Source: Ranitomeya imitator (lineage: Eukaryota). From it: 48,520 nucleotides of DNA. Numbering within the stretch: the stretch's first letter is position 1; the number at the start of each line of letters is the position of its first letter. The DNA lies in contig NC_091287.1 of assembly GCF_032444005.1 (NCBI RefSeq), forward strand, positions 563,409,481 through 563,458,000. The letters run 5' to 3'. Below are positions 23,901 to 34,525 of the stretch, one piece after another. The notes below the pieces were generated by a model. The model saw only the letters and a program-made list of their open reading frames with translations. It was not told the origin of the DNA and ran no database searches. A program made the translations under genes and the position numbers.

Positions 23901-26900
23901 TTAACCCCCCCCTCAGGTGTTGCAAGGTACAAGAGCCACACCTTGTGCAGCATTAATGCTGCACAAGTAAAAGGTTGCTCTATTTGTTTTGCTCCTTGCA
24001 CACGCTGACTAAAACACGTACACTATTTACCCCATTATACTGTCAAACAGTTGTGGAGGCGTGACTTGTCTTTTTAACGAGACGCAGCACAGGTGTCAAA
24101 ATTTGCACCTAGGTACTGGGCGCAGATTCCTGAGCGTTGTTATTTGCTGTACAGGAGTCTGCGCTATTGTGATCCCTTGGCCATGCGCTGTGAGCGCTTC
24201 CTGTCTTCTGACCTCATTTCATGTCGGCCGTTGCGGTTAGCGATGGACATGAATCCCAGACCCACAGTGTGTTTTTAAAAAATCACACTGCGGTGCTGGG
24301 ATTCGTGCCCTGGTGCACTAAATATGTTTGCCGCTCACACATGTCCTTACACCTGCTTCAGACTGGGCGGCCTCATCTGATCCCTTATCGCCTGCCGCGG
24401 CCATGAGGACACCCAGTCTGAAGAAGGCGGAAGGAGATGAGTGAACACAGGCAAACATATGCACTGCACATGCCCATCAATCACACCCTCGCTGTCCAAA
24501 AAAATAAGACACCGAGGGCCGTTGTTTCGAGCAGGGGAGATGCACAGGCGCAGCCAGCTAACCAATGATGTCAAAAGACGGGCAGCGCTAACAAGGGTGG
24601 TGCTGCGTGTCATTACAAAGGAAAGTCACACCTCAGGGACATTGTAATGGTCTCTAATGAGACACATTTTGTACGTGTTGAGTTCCACGTGGGCAAGGAG
24701 AAAAAGTCAGCCACCTTGTACAAATGCAGCAGTACTGCTGTACAAGGTGGCTGATATACATAGAAACACCTGTGGGTGGGGGGCAGGCTCCCTTCAATTT
24801 CAGTTCATGTGCCTGCGTGGCGTTTGCAGGTCACGTTGCAAGCTACACAGCAGGGGAACAGCTGGCGTTGCTGAACCCCACTGACACATTGACTGGTGTT
24901 TTTCTCTGTGCAGATTGCATGTCCGGGCAAAAACTAGCGGTGTTAGAGCCCAGGGTCAGCAGGAGGAGGAGGAGAGGAGCAAAGTGTAGGCCGAAGCCTG
25001 CACTGGTGGCAGCTTTTGGTCGGTTGTGCCAGCGTGGCTTGTGCTGGACACGATGCCGGCTACACAGCGGGGGAACAGCAGGCGGTGCTGAACCCCACTA
25101 ACACATTGGCTGGTGTTTTTCTCTGTGCAGCTAGCATTTCCGGGCAAAAACTAGCGGTGTTTGAGCCCAGGGTCAGCAGGAGGAGTAGAGGAGCAGAGTG
25201 TAGGCCGAAGCCTAGTTGAACCAATTTCAAAGGTTACCTTTAACCCCCCCCTCAGGTGTTGCAAGGTACAAGAGCCACACCTTGTGCAGCATTAATGCTG
25301 CACAAGTAAAAGGTTGCTCTATTTGTTTTGCTCCTTGCACACGCTGACTAAAACACGTACACTATTTACCCCATTATACTGTCAAACAGTTGTGGAGGCG
25401 TGACTTGTCTTTTTAACGAGACGCAGCACAGGTGTCAAAATTTGCACCTAGGTACTGGGCGCAGATTCCTGAGCGTTGTTATTTGCTGTACAGGAGTCTG
25501 CGCTATTGTGATCCCTTGGCCATGCGCTGTGAGCGCTTCCTGTCTTCTGACCTCATTTCATGTCGGCCGTTGCGGTTAGCGATGGACATGAATCCCAGAC
25601 CCACAGTGTGTTTTCAAAAAATCACACTGCGTGGCTGGGATTCGTGGCCTTGTGCAGTAAATAGGTTTGCCGCTTACACATGTCCTTACACCTGCTCCAG
25701 ACTGGGCGGCCTCAGCTGATCCCTTATCGCCTACCACGGCCAGGAGGCCGCACAGTCTGAAGAAGGCGGAAGGAGATGAGTTAAGACAGGCGAACATATG
25801 CACTGCTCGTGCCCATAAACCACACCCTCGCTGACAAAATAAATATGACAACGAGGGGCGTTGTTTCTAGCAGGGCGGATGCACAGGCGCAGCCAGCTAA
25901 CCATGATGACAAAAGACGGGAAACGCTACCAAGGGGGGTGCTGCGTATCATTACAAAGGAAAGTCACACCTCAGGGACAGTGGAATGGTCTCAATGAGAC
26001 ACATTTTGTACGTGTTGAGTTCCACGTGGGCAAGGAGAAAAAGTCAGCCACCTTGTACAAATGCAGCAGTACTGCTGTACTAGGTGGCTGTTATACATAG
26101 AAACACCTGGGGGGGTGGGGCCAGGTTCCCTTTTAATTTCAGTTCCTGTGCCTGCATGGCGTTTGCAGGTCACGTTGCCGGCTACACAGCAGGGGAACAG
26201 CTGGCGTTGCTGAACCCCACTAACACATTGGCTGGTGTTTTTCTCTGTGCAGCTAGCACTTCCGGGCAAAAACTAGCGGTGTTTGAGCCCAGGGTCAGCA
26301 GGAGGAGGAGAGGAGCAGAGTGTAGGCCGAAGCCTGCACTGGTGGCAGCTTTTGTTCTGTTGTGCCAGCGTGGCTTGTGCTGGACACGTTGCCGACTACA
26401 CAGCAGGGGAACAGCTGGCGGTGCTGAACCCCACTGACACATCACCTAGTGTTTTTTTCTGTGTAGACAACACTTCCAGGTGGCAACTGACAGTGTTGAA
26501 ACCCAGGGAATCAAAGAGGAGCAGAGTGTAGGCCGAAGCCTGCAGTGGAGCAAGTTGAAAGGGAACCTTTAACCCCCCCCCCCCCCCAGGCATTTGTTGC
26601 TGAAAGAGCCATCTTGTACAGCAGTAATACTGCACATGGAAAATGGTGGCTCCGAAAATTATGCTCCTTGCAAACGCTGAAGTACACACTCATATAATGT
26701 GTCCCCTCACACCGTCAAACCATCCCGGAAGTGGGACTTTCCTTTGTAATGTGACACAGCACAGCCGTCATTCCAACCCCCTTGGTGCCGGGCACCACCT
26801 CCTCAACGTTGTTTGGTTCTGTCACGGAGCCCGCACTGTAATGTTATCCCTTGGCCATGCACAGTTAGCGGTGCCCGTCTTCTGACATCATGTAGGTGTC

Positions 26901-29110
26901 AGGCTGGCAGTGCCTGTGCGTCCAAGCTGCCCGAGATCCAACCTTGCAGTGTCATCTAATGTAGTCCCACTGCGGGCCAGGGATCCATGGGCATGCGCAG
27001 TGCATATCATCGCCTCTCACTCACCTCCTTCCTGCTTCTTCAGACTGTGCGGCGTCACGGCCGTGGCATGCTATTAGGGATCAGCTGACGCCGCCTAGTC
27101 TGAAGAAGCGTGAAGAAGGGGAGTGAGAGGCTAGTATATGCACTGCGCATGGCCATGGATACCAGGCCCACTGTGGGATCACATTAGACGACACTGCGAG
27201 GTGTGATTTCGGGCAGCGTGGACGCACAGGCGCAGCCAGGACGACAACAAATGATGTCAGAGGACGGGCAGCGCAAACTGTGCATGGCCAAGGGATAACA
27301 TAACAGCGCAGGGTCCATGACGGAATCAAACAACGCTAAGGAGGCAGCGCACGGTGCCAAGGGGGTAGCAATGACGGCTGTGCTGCGTCACATTACAAAG
27401 GAAAGTCCCACCTCCGGGACGGTTGGACGGTGTGAGGGGACACATTACATGAGTGTGTAGTTCAGCGTTTGCAAGGAGCATAATTTCAAGAGCGACCTTT
27501 CCCTTGTGCAGTATTAGTGCTGCACATGGTGGCTCTTTCAGTAACAAACGCCTAGGGGGGGGGGGACAGGTCCCCTTACATTTTAGTTGTGCCAGCGTGG
27601 CGGTCGCATGACACGTTGCCGGATACACAGCTGGGGATCAGCTGACGTTACTGAACCCCAATAACAGAGGAGCGACTGTTGACTGTGCACACAGCACTTC
27701 CAGGCACCAACTGGCGGTGTTAGAGCCCAGGGACAGCAGGAGGAGCAGATTGGAGGTATTGCCGCACACACAGCTGGGGATCAGCTGACGTTACTGAACC
27801 CCAATAACAGAGGAGCGACTGTTGACTGTGCACACAGCACTTCCAGGCACCAACTGGCGGTGTTAGAGCCCAGGGACAGCAGGAGGAGCAGATTGGAGGT
27901 ATTGCCGCACACACAGCTGGGGATCAGCTGACGTTACTGAACCCCAATAACAGAGGAGCGACTGTTGACTGTGCACACAGCACTTCCAGGCACCAACTGG
28001 CGGTGTTAGAGCCCAGGGACAGCAGGAGGAGCAGAGGAACAGAGTGTAGGCCGAAGCCTGATTGGAGCAAGTTGAAAGGAAACCTTTAACCCCCCCCCCC
28101 CAAGACGTTTGTAGCTGAAAGAGCCATGTTGTGCAGCACTAAGGATGCAAAAGGAAAAGGTTGCTCTTTTAATTATGCTCCTTGCAAACACCGAAGTAAA
28201 CACTAAAAATGTGTCCCTTTATACCGTTAAACCGTTCCGGAGGTGCGAATTTCCTTCGTAATGGGACACAGCACAGCTGTCATTCCTATCCCCTTGATGC
28301 CGTGCGCTGCCTCCTCAGCGTTGTTTTAAGCTGCCACGGAGCCTGCGCTGTTCTGTTAGCCCTTGGCCATGCCCAATTAGCGCTGCCTGTCTTCTGACAT
28401 AATTTGGTGTCAGGCTGTCAGTGCCTGTGCGTCCACGCTGCTCCAGATCCCACCTCGCAGTCTCATCTAACGTAATCCCACTGCGGGCCTTGGAACCATG
28501 GGCATGCACAGTGCATAACCTCGACTCTCACTCCCCTCCTTCCCTCTTCTTCAGACTGTGCGGTGTCACGGCCGTGGCATGCTAGGGATCAGCTGACGGC
28601 GCACAGTCTAAAGAAGGCGGAGGGAAATGAGCGAGAGCCCGAGGGGAAGATATGCACTGCGCATGCCCATGGATCCCAGGCCCGCAGTGTGACTCAATCA
28701 GAAGACACTGCGAGGCGGGATCTCGGGCACCGCGGCCGCACAGGCGCAGCCAGCCTGACACCAAATTATGTCAGAAGACAGGCAGCGCAAATAGGGCATG
28801 CCCAAGGGATAACAGAACAGCGCAGGCTCCGTGACAGCTTAAAACAACGCTGAGGAGGCAGCGCATGGCACCAAGGGGGTAGGAATGACGGCTGTGCTGC
28901 GTCACATTACGAAGGAAAGTCCCAGCTCCGGGACGGTATAACGGTATCAGTGAACACATTTTATAAGTGTTAAGTTCTGCGTGTGCAAAGAGCTAAAAAA
29001 AAAGAGCTACCTTTTCCTTGTGCAGCATTACTGCTGCACAAGATGGCTCTTTCAGTAACAAACGACGGGGGGGGGGGGGGACAGGTTCCCTTACATTTAG
29101 GTTGTTGTGC
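20950..29110. repeat. Six tandem 1.3-1.55-kb units, each containing a ~1-kb imperfect inverted repeat
   Basis: Units start at C-runs near 20994, 22332, 23896, 25235, 26564 and 28081 and end at G-runs. Each is centred on CTTCAGACT...AGTCTGAAG. Confidence 0.88.
27625..28045. repeat. 143-bp unit x3
   Basis: ACACAGCTGGGGATCAGCTGACG near 27625, 27768 and 27911. Confidence 0.9.
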
Positions 29111-29312
29111 CAGCGTGGCGGTCGCAGGACACATTGCCGGCTACACAGCTGGGGATCAGCTGACGTTACTGAAACCCAATAACACTGGGTCGTATGTTTT
29201 TACTGTGCAGCCTGCACTTCTGAGCCGCAACTGGCGGTGTTGGAGCCCAGGAATAGCAGTTCAGGTGGTAGAAAGATGAACACAGCAGGAGACCTGGATG
29301 ACACCCAATTAC

Positions 29313-32300
29313 TTAATCAGGCAGAGGAGTGGCAAATTCCTGCGAGATCCAGGCCTGGTTCATTTTCAGGAAAGTAAGCCGGTCAACGTTATCGGAGGAT
29401 AGTCGCATGCGACGGTCTGTTAGTACACCACCTGCGGCACTAAAGACACGTTCCGATAAGACACTAGCCGCAGGGCAAGCCAGCACCTCCAATGCATACT
29501 GGCTTAGCTCTGGCCATGTATCCAGCTTAGAGACCCAAAACTTGAACGGGGAAGAGCCGTCTGGGAGTACAGTAAGAGGGCAAGCCATGTAGTCTGTCAC
29601 CATCTGACGGAACCGTTGCCTCCTGCTGACTGGAGCCGCCGGTGATGGTGTAGACATTTGGGGCGGGCACACAAAAGTGTGCCAGAGTTGTGCCATACTG
29701 GGCTTGCCTTGGGCAGAGGCACTGCTTCTGCTCCCTCTTTGGGCAGAGCCTCCCCCACTGCCTCGACGCACTGAGCTGCTTTGTAAAGCACTAGCAGCAC
29801 TCCTCTCAGTTGGACAGGAGAAGATGATGGAATTCACCAGTGTGTCGTGGTACTCCCGCAATTTACGCTCCCGGGTCAACGCAGGGATGAGGTTTTGGAC
29901 GTTGTCCCGGTAGCGAGGATCGAGGAGGGTGAACACCCAATAATCAGGCATGTTGAGAATGTGGTCGATGCGGCGGTCGTTTCTCAGGCACTGCAGCATG
30001 AAATCCACCATGTGCTGCAGAGTGCCAACCGGCCCAGAAACGCTGTCCCCTGCTTGAGACATGATCTCTGCCCGCTCGTCATCACCCCACCCTCGCTGTA
30101 CACACTGACCACTGGACAATTGTGTCGCTCCCTCCTCTGGACGGAGCACTTCCTCCTCCATTGACTCCTCCTCATCCTCCTCACAAATTGGCCCCTGCGT
30201 ACCCCTTTGTGAGGAACCACGTGGCGCTGACTCTCCAGAAGCTGATGGAAAAGGTGACTCCTCATCCTCCACCTCTTCCACCACATCATCCCTTAACCCT
30301 TGCAAAGTTTGCTGAAGCAGGCAGATAAGGGGGACAGTCATGCTGACTAGTGCATCATCTGCACTTGCCATCCGCGTGGAATAATCAAAAGGACGCAAAA
30401 CCTGGCAGACGTCCTTCATAGTGGCCCACTCTGTGGTTGTGAAGTCTGATCGGCGCTGACTGCGACTTCTTTGCGCCTGATGCAGCTGGTACTCCATAAC
30501 TGCTTGCTGCTGCTCACACAACCGCTCCAACATATGTAACGTGGAATTCCACCGGGTAGGTAGGTCACATATGATGCGGTGTTCCGGAAGGCGGAATCGG
30601 CGCTGCAGAGCAGCAATGCGGGATCTGGCCAAGCTGGAACGCCGCAAGTGAGCACACTCTAGGCGGACCTTGTGCAGCAGGGCATCAAGATCCGGATAGT
30701 CCCTCAGAAAACTCTGCACAACCAAATTGAGCACATGTGCCAGACATGGGATGTGAGTGAGGTTGCCAAGGGCCAAAGCTGCCACCAGATTTCGGCCATT
30801 GTCACACACTACCATGCCTGGCTGGAGATTCGCTGGCAGTAACCACACATCGCTCTCCTGCTTTATGGCATTCCAGAGCTCCTGCGCTGTGTGGCTTCGA
30901 TGCCCCAATGAAACTAGTTTCAAGACGGCCTGCTGACGTTTGGCCACGGCTGTGCTCATGTCGGTCATAGGTAAACGTTCACGGGTCCATGTGGGGGTGG
31001 ACTGTGACGGATCCTGCAGAGAGGAATCAGAGGAACTGGTGTAAGAGGAGGAGTCGATGCGTACAGACTGGATTCCTGCAATCCTTGGAGTGGGCAGGAC
31101 ACGTCCTGCGCCACTCGCACGATCTGTACCTGGCTCAACAACATTAACCCAATGGGCAGTGAGGGAAACATATCGCCCCTGTCCATGCTGACTGGTCCAC
31201 GCATCGGTGGTGAGGTGGACCTTGCTACTGACGGCGTTCAGTAGCGCATGTTTTATGTTTGCCTCAACATGCCTGTGCAGGGCAGGGACAGCCTGCCTGC
31301 TGAAGTAAAAGCGGCTGGGCACCTTGTACTGTGGGACTGCCAATGCCATCAAGTCACGGAAGCTGTCAGTCTCCACCAGCCTGAACGAGAGCATTTCCAG
31401 GGACAACAGTTTGGCAATGCCTGCATTCAGAGCCTGTGCTCGGGGGTGGTTGGCCGAGAATGCCCGCCTTTTCTCCCATGCCTGTACTACCGATGGCTGT
31501 AGAGTAGACTGGGAGTGTGAGGATGACTGGGAAGGTGGTGCTGTGGGTGGAATTACACAAGGTCTCTGGGAGGAAGCCAAACCAGCTGTGCGTGAGCTGG
31601 AGGAAGAGGCAACACGAGCTGAAGAGGTGGTAGCTGCCGCTGTTGGTTGGCCTACATCTTCAGTGTGTTTCTGTAACTCCACCGCGTGCCTGGTCCGCAC
31701 ATGTTTCCACATATTTGTGGTATTGAGGTTGCTGACATTTTTCCCTCTTTTTACTTTATGATGACACAGCTTGCATTTGACAAAACAAATGTCATCTGCA
31801 ACTGTGTCAAAAAAGGACCAGGCACTGCAAGTCTTGGGAGCGCCCTTTTTGGCTTTGGAAAGAGACAGGCTCCTAACGGGTGCCAAAGTGGAGGCTACAG
31901 GCTCCGCAGTCTTCCCCCTCCCTCTCCCTCTTTGGCCCGTAAGAGGAAGCTCTTCCTCTGAGCTGCTCCCACCACCTTCCTGTTCCTCACGCCACGATGG
32001 GTCAAGGACCTCATCATCTCCACTACCCTCTGCCACCAACTGCTCCTCCTGGGTAGTCTCAGCAGCACAGTACGCACGAGAAAGCGGCACCTGAGTTTCA
32101 TCATCAGATGCGTACTGCGCTGTGGTCACCGGAGGCACTGGCCCACCTGCCTCTTCAGAGTCAGAGAGAAAAAGGTGTTGGGCATCACTGCACACTGCCT
32201 CTTCTTCCATTTCTCCAATGCTGCTTGGCTGGCCCCCTGTTTCCAAGCCAAGAGATTCAGAGAACAGAAGTAGAGACGGCTCCTGTCCTGGGCTCTCTGA

Positions 32301-32621
32301 CTGCCTGGCCAATTTGGCAGGTGGTGAAGAGACAGATGGCTGCTCTCCAGTGCTCTGTGCCTGAGAGGATGTGGCACTAACTGAAGTCGATGCCGAGGCG
32401 TTAGCTGCCATCCACCCGACAACGGCTTCAATTTGGTCTTCACGCAGCAGCGGTGCACGGCGCTCTCCGACAAAGCTGCGCATGAAGGACTGTTCCCTGC
32501 TGAAACTGAGTGACGACGAGTCACCGGCGCCCGCAGCAGGCACAGAATCACCACGTCCTCTCCCTGCTCCTCTCCCTGCTCCGCGCCCACGCCCACGTGC
32601 CTTACTCCCTGCCCTCTTCAT
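29313..32621 (-). CDS. hAT (Ac/ZBED-like) transposase, 1102 aa, uninterrupted
   Basis: BED finger (AWSFF..CKLC..KHVRTRH), catalytic TTDAW, VCDNG and SERVFS, CxxH (CLAH), TRWNST, and a C-terminal hAT dimerisation domain. Confidence 0.96.
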   Translation of the reverse strand: MKRAGSKARGRGRGAGRGAGRGRGDSVPAAGAGDSSSLSFSREQSFMRSFVGERRAPLLREDQIEAVVGWMAANASASTSVSATSSQAQSTGEQPSVSSPPAKLARQSESPGQEPSLLLFSESLGLETGGQPSSIGEMEEEAVCSDAQHLFLSDSEEAGGPVPPVTTAQYASDDETQVPLSRAYCAAETTQEEQLVAEGSGDDEVLDPSWREEQEGGGSSSEEELPLTGQRGRGRGKTAEPVASTLAPVRSLSLSKAKKGAPKTCSAWSFFDTVADDICFVKCKLCHHKVKRGKNVSNLNTTNMWKHVRTRHAVELQKHTEDVGQPTAAATTSSARVASSSSSRTAGLASSQRPCVIPPTAPPSQSSSHSQSTLQPSVVQAWEKRRAFSANHPRAQALNAGIAKLLSLEMLSFRLVETDSFRDLMALAVPQYKVPSRFYFSRQAVPALHRHVEANIKHALLNAVSSKVHLTTDAWTSQHGQGRYVSLTAHWVNVVEPGTDRASGAGRVLPTPRIAGIQSVRIDSSSYTSSSDSSLQDPSQSTPTWTRERLPMTDMSTAVAKRQQAVLKLVSLGHRSHTAQELWNAIKQESDVWLLPANLQPGMVVCDNGRNLVAALALGNLTHIPCLAHVLNLVVQSFLRDYPDLDALLHKVRLECAHLRRSSLARSRIAALQRRFRLPEHRIICDLPTRWNSTLHMLERLCEQQQAVMEYQLHQAQRSRSQRRSDFTTTEWATMKDVCQVLRPFDYSTRMASADDALVSMTVPLICLLQQTLQGLRDDVVEEVEDEESPFPSASGESAPRGSSQRGTQGPICEEDEEESMEEEVLRPEEGATQLSSGQCVQRGWGDDERAEIMSQAGDSVSGPVGTLQHMVDFMLQCLRNDRRIDHILNMPDYWVFTLLDPRYRDNVQNLIPALTRERKLREYHDTLVNSIIFSCPTERSAASALQSSSVRRGSGGGSAQRGSRSSASAQGKPSMAQLWHTFVCPPQMSTPSPAAPVSRRQRFRQMVTDYMACPLTVLPDGSSPFKFWVSKLDTWPELSQYALEVLACPAASVLSERVFSAAGGVLTDRRMRLSSDNVDRLTFLKMNQAWISQEFATPLPD

Positions 32622-32834
32622 CTTGGTTGACAGATAAAGATAAGCAGAAAAGTACTAAGGCCTTAGTGTGCTTATTCCTGTAATGCTCCTCCTAACAGGT
32701 GTAAGAAACACTAATGTTGTAAATTGTGGACTAAACTTTATTATTTTTCAAATGTGGCCTACACAAGTGTAAGTTGTGTTTGGTGAACTTAACCTTTTTT
32801 TTGGTGCAGATCGGGCTACAGAGCTAGTTTAAAT

Positions 32835-33925
32835 CACACGGAGACCGTGCAGACAGCCGTAAACGGCGCTGCAAGGCCAAGAAACCCTCCTCTAGGTTAT
32901 CCTATATAGTGTTTTTCCACTATTTAGCTGGATACAAGTGGAAAGACACTAATAGGAATTTTTTTTTTCAAATTTTAAACTGGCTGCACTATTTGAAAAA
33001 AAGGAAATTGTTTTTCAAGGTATGAGGCAGTAACGCACCCTGAGCTGAATCCAACCGGCTATGGCTGCACACAGACTACAGGGCGAGCTGCGCTCACACA
33101 GAGACCGTGCAGACAGCCGTAAACGGCGCTGCAAGGCCCCCAAAAAAACCTCTAGGTTATCCTATGTAGTGTTTTTCCACAATTGAGCTGGAGACTGGTG
33201 GAAAGACACTAATAGGAATTTTTTTTTTTTTCAAATTTTAAACAGGCTGCACTATTTGAAAAAAAGGAAAATTTTTCTCAAGGTATGAGCCAGTAACGAA
33301 CCCTGAGCTGAATCCAACCGGCTATGGCTGCACACAGACTACAGGGCGAGCTGGGCTCACACGGAGACCGTGCAGACAGCCGTAAACGGCGCTGCAAGGC
33401 CAAAAAACCCTCCTCTAGGTTATCCTATATAGTGTTTTTCCACTATTTAGCTGGATACGAGTGGAAAGACACTAATAGGAATTTTTTTTTTCAAATTTTA
33501 AACAGGCTGCACTATTTGAAAAAAAGGAAAATTTTTCTCAAGGTATGAGCCAGTAACGAACCCTGAGCTGAATCCAACCGGCTATGGCTGCACACAGACT
33601 ACAGGGCGAGCTGGGCTCACACGGAGACCGTGCAGACAGCCGTAAACGGCGCTGCAAGGCCCAAAAACCCCCCTCTAGGTTATCCTATGTAGTGTTTTTC
33701 CACAATAGAGCTGGAGAATGGTGGAAAAACACTAATAGGAAATTTGAGAAAAAATGTGCAGCAGGCTGCACTAAGAGCAAAAAAGAACAACTGTGTGAGG
33801 CAGTGTGAACCCCCCCTGAGCTGAATACAACCGGGTATATGGCTGCACACAGACTACAGAGTGAGCTGCACACACACACACACACACAGAGACCTTGCAG
33901 AACGCTGTTAAAACAGCGCTGCAAG
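32835..33925. repeat. ~260-bp tandem repeat (~4 units) upstream of the transposase, with a (CA)n tract near 33867-33888
   Basis: GAGACCGTGCAGACAGCCGTAAACGGCGCTGCAAGGCC at 32841, 33101, 33364 and 33624, with a variant at 33889. Confidence 0.9.
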
Positions 33926-34060
33926 GCAAGAGCAAGGTGAACAGTGAAGGACACACAGCGTTTTGCTAAATTAGCCTTTGGAAAGGAAAATAAAGCAATT
34001 AGCTAGCTCAACTGGCCCTCAGTTAGAACACAGCGTCCTGTCCCTAACTGAAATCACAGC

Positions 34061-34200
34061 AGAGTGAGCGCAAAATGGCGGCAGCGCTTTTTTATAGTGC
34101 AGAGTGACATCATTTCAGCAGCCAATCCAAGCCTTGCCAGTACTTACATGCCCACCATGCTAAACAGGATGTGCCCACACTTTCATTCATTCCTCATTGG
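34061..34200 (-). promoter_or_regulatory. Putative Pol II promoter of the transposase
   Basis: TATAAAAAA 34088-34096, Inr-like TCACTCT with its A 31 nt downstream (34065), YY1-like GCCGCCATTTT 34072-34082, CCAAT at 34122 and 34196. Confidence 0.6.
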
Positions 34201-34235
34201 CTGCTGCGTTCAATTTGAATTCTGGGAACTTCCGA

Positions 34236-34341
34236 TTCCGGTATCCGATACGCGGGAAGTATCGGAATTCAGTATCGGAATTCCGATACCGCAAATATCG
34301 GCCGATACCCGATACTTGCGGTATCGGAATGCTCAACACTA
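34236..34341. repeat. hAT right terminus: subterminal motif array and TIR
   Basis: Repeated CCGATA/TATCGG motifs ending in GCTCAACACTA. Confidence 0.88.
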
Positions 34342-34525
34342 CTCTCCAGTAATGTTTCCTCCTCACCTACAACTCTGATCTACACACGGTTTCTTACCCG
34401 GTAACTGCTCAACTAATCAAAGAAAAACATCAGAATCCGCAGCTGCACCGACAACTACAAATCAAGTGGAGATAGAAGCGGCCGCGGTGCAGGAGCGGAC
34501 AGAACCCGGCCCTACAGGAGGAGCA

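Larger units (their letters stand above)
12785..34341 (-). mobile_element. Giant (21,557 bp) hAT-superfamily DNA transposon, apparently autonomous
   Basis: TIR TAGTGTTGAGC at 12785-12795 and its reverse complement at 34331-34341; perfect 8-bp TSD CTCTCCAG at 12777-12784 and 34342-34349; intact transposase inside. Confidence 0.95.
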
